Positions 39,689-53,700 of a stretch of DNA of 64,000 bases are shown here, one piece after another. The position numbers were made by a program, and so were the translations under genes. A model generated the notes under the pieces. That model was not told where the DNA came from. It saw nothing but the letters and a program-made list of their open reading frames with translations, and searched no databases. Source of the DNA: Mytilus edulis (taxonomy: Eukaryota); the NCBI RefSeq assembly GCF_963676685.1, contig NC_092352.1, forward strand, positions 44,144,001-44,208,000, written 5' to 3'. Within the stretch, counting starts at the first letter, position 1, and each line of letters begins with the position of its first letter.

Positions 39689-42098
39689 TTTATTGTATAG
39701 CAATATAATATTTGAGAGTAAAAATTGGTTTAAACTAAGATTTTGTCGTTGATGACGTCATGAATTTTGAAGATTTATTGCACTGGTGCAATATTAGAAT
39801 TTATTGCACGCTAACTTTTGGTTACGTTCTGTGGGAAATATTATATTGCTATGCAATAAAACTTCTTATTTAACAATTACATAAAAATCTAATGATGCAT
39901 ATAAATTTAATATTTTAAAAATTCAATTGTAGGCCTTAAAATACAAAAAATGCAACTACCCATATTTGATTAATCAAAGTGCTTCCTTTCCCCCATTTAA
40001 TATAAATCTGAAAGTGAAAGTAATTTTCTTTCCTTTTTTATAGATCTTTTTCTCAAAATAGAAAGCCATTAATTTAAAACTATAATATGAAACAATATTT
40101 TCTACTGATTTCAGGCATGCTGATTTCCAAAAATGATTTTTAAAAAAGGCTAATATTTACTATCAGACTATAAATGATACATTGAAGAAAACCAAATAAT
40201 TAGAATCAACTTGTAAAAGCACTTTCACTGTTTATATATTTTAAAATTTGTCCTGCAAACATTATCATATTTATTCAAATTTCCAATTATTTGAAAAATT
40301 TCTTTTTTCATGGCACTGAATTGAAACACTAAATACATATATACAGATCTAATATCTATTTGTGCACAACCTTTATGGCATCTTTATGACAATCAATTAA
40401 CGTGAAACATCAGTAATTTGTTATATTTTAACTACTCATCAAGTACCTAACAAAATTTATCTGTAAATAAAAAATTGATTTATAATAAGTTACTGAAGTT
40501 CCTCTATAAAATTACCTGAATATAAATCACTGTAACAGTAGTTATACATACTATTTAAAAATACATAAATCTAAAATTTGTGTGTCCAAAAGAAGACTGA
40601 AAACTGAGAAAAATAAATGCAATAATAATTCAGTGAATTTAAACTACAAGCATGCATTTGCCTGTTCCAGTCAGAACCACAAGAACAATCAGATTATAAC
40701 AAATCTTGTGTAATTTACCACTTAACTCATTAGCAATTACATGGAAAACAGAAAGAAACAAGGGGCCCATTTCTCCCTTTGTTCTGCCGAGTTTCCTCAT
40801 TCTTGGTAATTTCATTGTGTGTACCCCAAAATGAAAATAATATCACATTATTGGCTAAATTTCAATTGTTTGGGATGCTGTTTTGCCAATCACAGGGTTT
40901 TGGGGTAGGCCTTCATAAATATTACCCAAAATGCATTTGAATAGATTCTAAAATGGCAAAATCAAAGCTGTCTCATGTTCAGCATTCAGTGTAGTATACT
41001 CTATTGATGATAGTTTTTAGGTACCAATTCTTACATGAAAAATACTGAAACATATTGGTTGACATTGGGATAAAGTGTAAGATAGAAACAAAGAGACAGA
41101 ATTTGACGAGACATATAACAACTGAAATGGGAATACTTTATCTTGATTGACAGCCAAGCTTCGTATATTTTCTGTTCTATTGCTAATTTTAAAATCAATA
41201 TCAACATCAATGATTGAATTACAGTTCTCCAAACTGCATTAAGATTTTGCTAAAATACTGAATAGTTCATAAGCAAGACAGGTAAGTCTAATAACATAAA
41301 AATACTGAGTATGTGTGATAAGCTAGCTTTATGGTGACTATTATAAAACAAAATTTGAATTGGCACAAAATTGTTAAATTTAGTTGATAAAGATAATAAC
41401 AAATATTTTATATTTTCTCTATATTGAAATATAAATTCTTATGTTACCTACTTCGAAAATCAACATCTTAATGTTTGTGCACTATTTTAGGGGGAGGGGA
41501 CATTTTTAAACACAGGCTACCATGTTTATTATAGAGTTTATTTTTTTACTTGAAACCTGTGATTACATTTAAAGCTACTCCCAAATATTGTTTTAAGCTA
41601 TTTCAGAAATGATAAAACCTGGAGTTATAGAGGCACCTCTATAAAGTATATAATGAGTGGCTTGACATTTAACTTTGAAGTACGCAAAGATGGTTAAATA
41701 ACCAATTACAATCTTATGTACGGTAAACTTTGACAAATTATGCCTTCCTACCCCTAGTTTAAATATTTCTTGATACATAAACTTCATAACTTGGAGAATC
41801 TATATTATTTAACCAGACTTTATCTTAACATATGTAAAATACAAACATAAACAAAAATAAAAATCTACAGAAATATGAGACAAATATTCATGATTGATTC
41901 AATACTTTACTCTACAATTGTTTGTGTATATGTTATGAACCCTCTATAATTTTGTACAGAATTTTTGAACAAGTTGTCGGTATTTTTACTTCTTTCCCCA
42001 GGTAGTACAAGTTGATCTTTCATAATAAACAAGCATTGCTTTTGACTCATTATTTTCTATACTTAAATATAAGAGTAATCCTATATGGCATAAAGCTA

Positions 42099-42188
42099 CA
42101 AAGATAACAACAGATTCAAAGATAACAACAGATTCAAAGATAACAACAGATTCAAAGATAACAACAGATTCAAAGATAACAACAGATT
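42099..42188. repeat. 18-bp minisatellite, 5 copies
   Basis: (CAAAGATAACAACAGATT)5. Confidence 0.95.
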
Positions 42189-44768
42189 GTGTTAGATTCT
42201 ATTTGTTATGTTTTGCTTATTCCAAATTTTAGGTCCACCAAATATCTGTTGGTGTCCTAATAAATCCTAAATGTTCTGTATAAGACTGTAGAATGAAGTC
42301 ATGTTTATATTACACTGATGAACGCTTAAATCAGAGAGTGTGTTTATGTTATCCATTTCAGTTAAGAAATTTGCAATACACACACAACTTGTACAACCAT
42401 TCTGTACAAATTATAATTTGAACATAACCACCCTTTGTACATAATATCTAATACAGGCATTTCATATAACATATTGACAGATAAAAACAATAATACCTAC
42501 TAAATGATCTTATATAATTTTAGTCACTATAATACAGTAAAAATCAACATAAATGTTTATAGCAATAAAAGTTACTAAAAAAAGACAATAACCTTAATTT
42601 CTAAGAAAAATAAAAATAAGTTCAGTCTGTTAGAAATATATCAAACAAATACTACATTTGTAAACATGAACATAATGTAAACAAGTAAGCCATTTAAGAC
42701 TGGGTTGAATTTGTTTTGAGTATTGGGAATACTATTCCTTAAGGGAAAGCCTTGCTAGTGGTATATTTTGAGATTGGCCTGCAAATATGCTGTATGGACT
42801 ATAGAGTTTTCTATGCCCATAACTTAACATGAACTGGATGCAAGATTATATCAATCACTGAGGATATGTGTATAACCTCATTGGTTGATATCTTTGGCGG
42901 AAGTACATGTGATACATCCTCATTCTTTCAATATCCATGTGGTGGTTGGTTTAAGGGCTATGTTTGGTCAGGCAATACATATTGTCTGTTTGGGTTGGTG
43001 AGGTCTATTTCTCTGATGTTATCACATCATATACGATAATCTCATGTGAAAGTTAAAATATAGATTCTACCACTGCAATGAGTTTGATACTTATATATTA
43101 TTGATGGGTTTTCAAACCATACAGAGATTCTCAGCTACAATCTCAACTAAGGCAACAGCCCTATGGTGAGATGTGGCCGAGAAAAGTACTAAAGCTTGAA
43201 AGACCAAGGAAAAATACACAGTATAGCTATAAAGTACTTTTCCACTCTGAACAGTTAAACTGATGAGATCAGTGATATATTGATTCAGTAGAAAATCTGT
43301 TTCTAGATTGACTTTTAGATAAACTTTATCTTGCTTTCAATAATCTGCATAAAGAGTTATTTCAGACAGGTCATTCTTTTTATCATGATATTCCAATAGC
43401 AAAATCAGGGGAAAGCAAGAAAATTTTACTTTAAAATTTAATTTTGAACAATGGAGGACTGAAATAAAGCAAACCATGTGCTGATTACAAAAAAATAATC
43501 AACTGGTAGAGGAAATCATAAATCAGTTAATAAAGTGTTAACTGTCATGGAAATTATAATGAAAAATAAAATAAAGGACAAATTCACAATAAAAATATTG
43601 TATTTTCTCATTATAAAACTTTAGTCACAACTTTATTTTGATGAATGTGATATGAAATTTTACATAAAATTAAAAAATTTAAATGAGATCAGAACACAAC
43701 CAATTAATCAATCAATTGCACTTCACATTTAAGCACCAAACATCAACTCTGAAATTATTTTTTTCTCATTTGCAGGATCAGCATTTTTTTTCCAAAACAT
43801 AAAGTAAGTGCTCAGTTTTACAACTGTAAAATCTGCACAAAAATGAAGACATATTTTCTTCTTCCTAACTATGTTACCTTCAACATTGTTTACAACAAAC
43901 TGGAATGTATTGCAACAATAATGTTAACTACTATATTTCAATTTTAATTTTCCTTTTAAACTTTACATTTTTTCCTATATCAAACTTCATCAAAACATTA
44001 TGCAGCAGCTTTAAATGTCGATATCAAATAAAATAAGTATCCATTATATCCAATACCCATTTAAAGTAATTTTGAGGCGCTAAGCATCTGTATTAGGCTA
44101 CAACTACTGCAAACCAACAGCTTGTTACTTAAATTCTTTTAAAATGCTGGATGTGTGCCAATTCTGACTATATTTTTGCTTCACAAAATTTGTATTAACA
44201 GACATTATTCAAGTCTGTCATACTTCCACTCTTTGTTATTTGTGCAAATAAATCTGTTCAAATTAGTATACTGTAAAATTTATACTGTTTGTTATATCTT
44301 TTTCATCATTTTTATCATTACGTATTAATCTTTAATTTTTGCACACTTTTTTCAGCATACAGTTGTCTAAAAAATATTGGGTTTTATTTAATTTGGATTT
44401 TCCAAATTACCTCCATTAAAAAACATGAAGTGTTTTCAAAAATTATTACAAAAGGATAAAAATACTTGTAAATACTTTTGAAACATAGATACAAAATCAA
44501 TAATTTTCAATAATTCAAATTATAAAAATATAATCTACTACAATCATTTCATGCCAATATCACAGATTATAAAATTTATCATTTACAAATGTGTCAAAAA
44601 GTTTTCATCTTTTGTTGATCTCGTTGAAATTGTTCTGCTTTGTGCATGATACATTTACAAAAAGACTTGAATCTATAGTATAAATATAAAGTCTTGCAGC
44701 AGCATTTCAGCAACAGCACTATAGTTATATCTGAAGCCAGTAGGTATAGGTGAACACTATATAACTGG

Positions 44769-47700
44769 TCACCATCTTGGCATGTCTACACACTGAGAAA
44801 GGTATGGATACAGATGACAGTGAACTGTTTTAAATCTGAAAAGAAATGAGAATAAGAACACAATCTCAAGATATACCAGAAAATTTCAAAACATTGCTGA
44901 AACTATTATTGGTGTTCTTCATCATTTCTGTTTTAACAAGTAAATGAGATGCACAGATCTTCTTGTGCTTTTTTTTTTTTTAATTTACCTATATATATTA
45001 TTATGCTTTTTCAACTGACAATGTTGTTTTCTTCCATTTTTCTTCCATTTTAACTATTTCTAATACTGTTGATGTCATTTTCATGATAACTGTAAGATCA
45101 AAAAATTATTGCGTTCAGTTTTTATTATAAATTTAAACGAAAGGACAAAACTAAACATTAATTATTGCAATTTTAAACGAACGGACAAAAATGCAACATT
45201 GATTATTGCAATTTCAGGAAAAGCTGCATACAGATATATGTAGCAGATATTAAAATGTTAGTTATTACTATTGTGATACTCCCTTAATTGCATTATTCAA
45301 AACCTCATTTCTAAATTCAAAGTATCAATATATCTCATTATCATGATTATATTGAAAAGTTCAGAAAAAGTTTCAAAGGGAGATAATTATATAACTCATA
45401 TACAAGTATAAAACTTTATGATACTACATCGATGCACAGTAACCATATTTTGTAAATATTGTAGAAACTGATTTTATGTTTACCTTGTTGGATCTTTTTC
45501 ATGGCTGTACCCTTTTACATCTATCACATTACTGTTAAAATAACTTAAAGTCAGCTGAAAGAAAAATACAACTACTGCTATTGACTATGAATAATTTGTC
45601 ATTGCATAATGGCAAAATTTGTTTACAATGACAGAACAGTTCAATTAATCCTAATTAGCTGTATTGCTCATCATAAAATTAAATCAAATTCATTGAAAAT
45701 TTAAAAAAAAAATATAATTTTGATTGACAACTCCTTATTTTCTTTAGAATTTCTGTTGTTAATGTTAGAGATCTTTGATAATCTCTGATAATTTAATCAC
45801 AACATTTCACCAAAACTTTGCACTTTAAGTTCTGATTGATTTAGGCAATTTGAATTGATAGTTCATAGAGTGTCTTTTAATGTTGTAATATTACACAACT
45901 GTCTTAGGTGAGTGTGAAGGTTTTAATAAATTGTAACTTTGATGGAGAGATGTTTTATTGGCACTCATACCACATCTTCTTATTTAGCAGTACTGAAAGT
46001 AATGCAACTTTATAGAAAATTTCATTAATCTATCACTAGTAGTTCTAATTTAACTAACTTAAGCAACAAACCCAACAATTGTTGACACTGCTAAGGATGA
46101 CGACGCTGCTGCAACAAAAGTAACGAGTGTGTATGATTGCTGTCAGTGACTTTGGTGTACATACCTGATCAGAGAGTTGATGCTGAGGAATCCTATGTAG
46201 TCCCTCTAAGTGGGAATGAAATTCTTTAATTTTTGTTAATGGCACTTTCAATAGATGATCTGAAAAATAAGATGATTTTTTTTTTTAATTATTTAATTTT
46301 GCATGTTTGAATACTTCAGAAATCACCATACTAGACTTCAATATTATCTTGCAACTAAGCAAATCTATACAGAAAAGACAATTTTGAATTCAACAGCTAG
46401 TCTAGCAATGTCTATTTTTAGCTAATTTCTGTAATATTCTGTAATCATTAGCAAAAATGTAAAGATAATGGAAGAAACATAGATATTGCATTCTGGTCTC
46501 ATGTTAAAAATTAATAATACTGTAAGTCATGCAAAAAAACTACCATAAATAAAATACATGAATAATATGCTTATTATACAAATAACGAAGTACATTTTTG
46601 TACTTAAATCTGTTTTTATTGAAATCAATTTATATTTTAACATAAATTTAATTTCAGTAATCTTTTAAGAAGAAAAAATCATTATATATGCATTACACAT
46701 GTAACAAGTTATGGTTGTTGAAATTCAAAGAGAAAAAGAATTTCAAAATTTCTGAACTGTTAGATCATGTTTAATTATATGGAGTTTAGCAAATAAAACA
46801 TGATAATCAGTTAAAATTATTAATTATAGATCGAAAAAACACCACTTATGTTAACTAGAGGCTCTTAAGAGCATGTGTCCCTCACCTTGGTCTATGTGCA
46901 TATTAAACAAAGGACAGGGATGGATTCATGACAAAATTGTGTTTTGGTGATGGTGATGTGTTTGTAGATCTTACTTTACTGAACATCTTTACTACTAACA
47001 ATTTTCTCTATCTATAATACACTTGGCCCTTTAGTTACAAAAGATAATATTTTGTAAAATTTTTCAAAAATTTACCAAATTAATGAAAATTGTTAAAAAT
47101 TGACTATAAAGGGCAATAACTCCTTAAGGGGTCAACAGACCATTTTTGTCATGTTGACTTATTTGTAGATATTACTTTGCTGAACATTATTGCTGTCTAC
47201 AGATTATCTCTATCTATAATAGTATTCAAGATAATAACCAACTAGAGGCTCTAAAGAGCCTGTGTCGCTCACCTTGGTCTATGTGAATATTAAACAAAGG
47301 AAGCAGATGGATTCATGACAAAATTGTGTTTTGGTGATGGTGATGTGTTTGTACGTCTTACTTTACTGAACATTCTTGCTGCTTACAGTTATCTCTATCT
47401 ATAATGAACTTTGCCCAGTAGTTTCAGTGGAAAATGTTAGTAAAAATTTACAAATTTTATAAAAATTGTTAAAAATTGACTATAAAGGACAATAACTCCT
47501 TAGGGGGTCAATTGACCATTTCAGTCATTTTGACTTATTTGTAAATCTTACTTTGCTGTACATTATTGCTGTTAAAAGTTTATCTCTATCTATAATAATA
47601 TTCAAGATAATAACCCAAAACAGTAAAATTCCCTTAAAATTACCAATTTAGGGGCAGCAACCCAACAACCGGTTGTCCGATTCATCTGAGAATTTCATGG

Positions 47701-50700
47701 CAGATAGATGGCTTGATAAACACTTTTACCCCCATGTTAGATTTGCTCTAAATGCTTTGGTTTCAGAGTTATAAGCCAAAATCTACATTTTACCCCTATG
47801 TTCTGGTTTTAGCAATGGCGACAATCTTGGTTGGTTGGCTGGGTCACCGGACACATTTTTTAAACTAGATACCCAAATGATGATTGTGGCCAAGTTAAAT
47901 TAAATTTGGCTCAGTAGTTTCAGAGAAGATTTTTGTAAAAGTTAACAAAATGACGACAACTGACGATGACGACGATGGACGCCAAGTGATGAGAAAAGCT
48001 CACATAAAAATTAACATAATCATAAAGTCATTAGAATGAACCCAACTGAAAAAAGCATGTACCAAAAACTTTGAAATTATTCTATTTCATTCAACTATAC
48101 ACAAGTGTTACTTGAACTTACTTCTTAACCATGTTAACCTAATAAAACTAAATACTCCCACTATTTAAGCCTAATAAAATTGACAATATTAAACTGTAAA
48201 ACCAAAATGAAACTTTAAAATATACAAAACAACATCTACTATTGAAGAAAATGTAAGAAAATGTAAATAATACTCAAACAACATTAACAGTACTAAATAC
48301 AAATGATAATAAGTCTAAAGAAATGAAGATCTTTAAATTTTCAATCTTAAGTTCCTCCTCAAGACTTGTTAAACTCTCATACATTAACGTATTAAAGGTA
48401 AGTATCTTAAACAAGAGGCTCTCAAGAGCCTGTGTCGCTCACCTTTATTTGCCAATGCTTTGTAAATCATGTGAAATAAGGTTAAAACATAATTAATGGT
48501 ATTAGATATTAGATGTTATCAGATACTATAATGATATCTAAGATAATAACCAAAAATTTTCTTAAAATAACCAATTCACAGACAAAAACCCAACAAAACG
48601 TTGTCAAATTTGTCTGAAAATTTATGGGTAGATAGATCTTAATCTGATGAACATTTTTACCCCCTGTCAGATTTGCTCGAAATACTTTGGTTTCATAGAT
48701 ACATGCCACAATCTACATTTTACCTCTATGTTCTATTTAAAGCCATGGTGGCCATCTTGCTTGGTTGGCCAGGTCACAGGACACATTTTTTAAACTAGAT
48801 ACCCCAATGATGATTGTGGGCAAGTTTGGTTCAATTGGTCCAGTAGTTTCAGAGGAGAAGATTTTTGTAAAAGATTACAAAATTGTATAAAAATTATTAA
48901 AAATTGACTTTAAAGGGCAATAACTCCTTATGGGGTCGACTGACAATTTTATTCATGTTAACTTATTTGTAGATCTTACTTTGCTGAACATTATTGCTGT
49001 TTACAGTTTATCTCTGTCTATAATTATATTCAAGATAATAACCAAAAACTGCAAAATTTCTTTAAAATTACCAATTAAGGGGCAGCAACCCAACAACAGG
49101 TTGTTGGATTTGTCATAAAATTTGTTGGCAGATATATCTTGATCTGATTAACAATTTAACCCCCTGCCATATTTGCTCTAAATGCTTTAGTTTTTTTCAG
49201 AGAAATAAGCTAAAAACTGCATTTTACCCTATGTTTTATTTTAAGCCATGTTGGCCATCTTGGTTGATAGGCTGGGTCATTGAACACATTTTTAAAACTA
49301 GATACCCTAGTGATGATTATGGCTAAGATTGGTTAAATTTGGTCCAGTAGTTTCAGAGAAGAAGATTTTTGTAAAAGATTACAAAATCGTATAAAAATTG
49401 TTAAAATGGACTATAAAGGGAAATAACTCCTTCCAGGGTTAACTGTCAATTTTGGTAATGTTTATTTTGTAGATTTTACTTTGCTGAACATTCTTGCTGT
49501 TTACAGTTTATCTCTTATATAATAATAATATTTAAGATAACCAATAACGGCAAAATTTCCTTAAAATTACCAATTCAGGGGCAGCAACCCAACAACTGGT
49601 TGTCCTATTAATCTAAAAATTTCAAGGCATATATATCTTGACCTGATTAACAATTTTACCCCCTGTCATATTTGCTCTAAATGCTTTGGTTTCAGAGATA
49701 TAAGCCAAAATCTACATTTTACCCCCATGTTCTATTTTTAGCAATGGCAGCCATCTTGATTAGTTGGCCGGGGCAATAGACACATTTTTTAAACTAGATA
49801 CCCCAATGATGATTGTGGCCAAGTTTGGTTAAATTTGGCCCTGTAGTTTCAGAGGAGAAGATTTTTGTAAAAGTTTACGGACGCCGGAAGACGGATGACG
49901 ACGGAAGCCAAGTGATGAGAAAAGATCACTTGACCTTTTAGGTCAGATGAGCTAAAAAGTAAAAAAAAAACATTCCCCAAACATCATTTATATCTAAAAG
50001 AAGCAACTGATTTTTTCAATTGATGCAACATATGATGGCATATTTTTCTTGTGGTGTACAAACATAGATAAATGTAAAATTCTTTAAAAGTATAGATTAT
50101 TTAGATGGTGTTGAAATATACAAAATTCTTGGATTTCCTGTTTAGCAAATTGGAAAAGATGTGTAAATGGATTGTCGATTAAAAGATTTATAAACAGGTA
50201 ATAATTTTTTTATAAATGAGTGCAAGTGAGTATTAGAATCTACTGGTACCCTATTCAAATTATTCTACCACCAACTGTACCAGGGATTTCAACTGGAGTG
50301 TTTACAAAATGCAATCATAATAAAAGTATAAAAAGCTTTTCCAAAGTTTAAAGACAAAAAGATCCAAAATAAAAGAAAAGCAGTCCAACTTAAGTTGAAA
50401 GAAGAAAGGATCCTCTCAAAACAGGTTGTAGAGTAAAAATAAGAAATTTCAGTTTTATTAATCATATACCCCTTAGCTTTACATCTAGACTGGGATCATA
50501 TTCTGGTATTAAATTCTCCTGTTGCACACATAAAATATATTTCATTAAAATATGTAGTAGTTTTCAATTTTAGTGATGACTTCCCTATCTGTTCAATGAT
50601 GATTATTTTAGGATGATGAAATACATGTAATGATAAAACAAGTGAAACTGCGAGCTACTGCTCACTGATGATACCCCCGCCGCAAGTGGATAATATTAAT

Positions 50701-53700
50701 AGTGTAAAAATATGCAAGTGTTCGGTAAACAGGAAGTTGTCAAGTAATGAATCTGAAAACGCATCACACGGTATAGCTGACTTATATAAATCCTGAAACC
50801 AAATTTCAGAAATCCTTGTATTGTAGTTCCTGAGAAAAATGTGACGAAAATTTTTAACTTGGTTATCATGTGTAAAATCATACAAGTGTTCGGTAAACAG
50901 GAAGTAGTGGAGTGATGAATCTGAAAACGCATCACACGGTATAGCTGACTTATATAAATCCTGAAACCAAATTTCAGAAATCCTTGTATTGTAGTTCCTG
51001 AGAAAAATGTGACAAAAATTTTCAACTTGGCTATCATGTGTAAAATCAGACAAGTGTTCAGTAAACAGGAAGTAGTGGAGTGATGAATCTGAAAACGCAT
51101 CACACGGTATAGCTGACTTATATAAATCCTGAAACCAAATTTCAGAAATCCTTGTATTGTAGTTCCTGAGAAAAATGTGACGAAAATTTTTAACTTGGTT
51201 ATCATGTGTAAAATCATACAAGTGTTCGGTAAACAGGAAGTAGTGGAGTGATGAATCTGAAAACGCATCATACGGTATAGCTGACTTATATAAATCCTGA
51301 AACCAAATTTCAGAAATCCTTGTATTGTAGTTCCTGAGAAAAATGTGACGAAAATTTTCAACTTGGCTATCATGTGTAAAATCATACAAGTGTTCGGTAA
51401 ACAGGAAGTTGTCGAGTGATGAATCTGAAAACGCATCACACGGTATAGCTGACTTGTATAAATCCTGAAACCAAATTTCAGAAATCCTTGTATTGTAGTT
51501 CCTGAGAAAAATGTGACGAAAATTTTCAACTTGGCTATCATGTGTAAAATCAGACAAGTGTTCGGTAAACAGGAAGTTGTCAAGTGATGAATCTGAAAAC
51601 GCATCACACGGTATAGCTGACTTATATAAATCCTGAAACCAAATTTCAGAAATCCTTGTATTGTAGTTCCTGAGAAAAATGTGACGAAAATTTTCAACTT
51701 GGCTATCATGTGTAAAATCAGACAAGTGTTCGGTAAACAGGAAGTTGTCAAGTGATGAATCTGAAAACGCATCACACGGTATGGCTGACATATATAAATG
51801 TTGATACCAAATTACAGAAAGGGTGGATGTGTAGTTCCTGAGAAAAATGTGACGAAAGTTTCATGGGACGGACTGACTGACTGACGGACGGACTGACGGA
51901 CGGACTGATGGACGGACGGACGGACTGACAGACAGACAGAGGTAAAACAGTATACCCCCCCTTTTTTAAAGCGGGGGTATAAAAAGATAATGTTAAAGCA
52001 AATCACTCAGGTACTATAGAAACATTTATTTTTGTGGATACCAATTTTTGTTGATTGAAGAAACTTTGTCTTTTTTGGTTATATTCAATTTTGTGGTTTT
52101 TTGCTCAATTCTGCATAAAAGCCTAACGAAAATGTTTATATCTTTAACTTCAGGTTAACCTGTATCAATGAAATCCACAAAAAATGGTATACCACTTAAA
52201 ATAATGAATTCACAGTAACTAAATCATGTAAATAGTCAAAGTATGAGACACTGCAGAATAATAAACAAGATTTCAGTTGAAACTATTAAATAAATAAACA
52301 ACAAATGAACAACATGCAGTAAACTGAAAATAAAGCCAACATTAAATTTACAGACATAAAACACATGATAAACAACAGCAAACAACTTCACTGTCAGCAG
52401 ACTTACTATTCCTTTTCCTGTTCTAATAAATTCAATAACACATTTATATTTAAATTCATATTTAGACAATATAAATATTTAAATTAGAAAGGTGTCCAAC
52501 AAGTTTGTACAGTATCACAGTGTCTACAAACAAATTTTGTATGGTTCAGATGAAGAATTTCTTATGAATTTGTGTTTAAAAGTTTCATTAGTCCTGTGTT
52601 GATTTTTGTGCATTTTCTTAGTTAAAGGTATAATAGGAACTAAAGAACAGCATCAAATACATGAGCATGTCATCATGTTCATAATCAAACTTGCCAAATT
52701 TCTGTTTTAGAATTTGTAATTTAACCTAATTGCTATTATTTTGCAGTTGAGTGATAGAATTGAGAAATGTAATTGATATTTTCTGAAGATAGCAAGTTTA
52801 TTTCAATTTTAAAATTTTATTTAACAACTTAATAGACGATTAGTTTTTAAAATTGATTGGTTATCATATAAACAATGATAATTTGAAAGCAAGCTTGAAA
52901 GCTATTCTAGATTGCAATATGCCGCGTTTTCATCCTAAATTGAAAATTATATTGAAATAAAAGAAGAAGTGTCTGAGGACACAAATGCCCCATTCAAGCT
53001 TTGCAATTTTCCAATTTAAAAGAAGGCATTTCTTTAAAATGGCAAATGACTTGCTACCTAAAATCCAACTATATCTGTGTTTTTGTTCTTAGCATTGTGT
53101 AAGAGTTTCAGAAAAATTTGTAAGGGTTCTGCGGAACCCAGTGTCTCGCCTATTTTTGCTGTAAATTGCAGACTCAACAACAATGAGGGAAAAAATCAAT
53201 AAAAATATTCCTCTTGTTACATGTACTATTTTATGATTGCAAGAAAATCTAAGTCCATTTAAAAGTAAATTACAGAAAAAACTGAGTAATCTTTTTACAA
53301 ATTTTACTTCTGGATACAATATTATGATCATAAATAAGCTTCTGTCCAAGTTTGGTACAAACCCAGGATAGTTTAAGAAAGTTATTAAAATTTTTAAAAC
53401 TTTAACCACAGAGTGAATGTAATGGTTCCCTGGAGAAAAACTAAGTCCATTTAAAAGTAAAATATGGAAAAAATGGATTTATTTATTTACAAAATTTACT
53501 TCTGGATACTATCTTATGATCATAAACAAGCTTCTGTCCAAATTTGGTACAAACCCAGGATAGTTTAAGAAAGTTCTAAAAACTTTAACCACAGAGTGAA
53601 TGTAATGTTTCTCCGCAGAAAAAACTAAGTCCATTTATAAGTAAAATATGGAAAAAATGGAATTTTATTTTTTCAAAATTTACTTCTGGATATTATCTTA

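Noticed and set aside
50665-50700. CTGATGA as a hammerhead core
   Set aside because: No stem II or GAAA follows.
50655-51791. 378-aa and 359-aa ORFs; possible CRISPR-like array
   Set aside because: By-product of a stop-free 168-bp unit (a multiple of 3). There are no unique spacers and the array lies inside a transposon within an intron.
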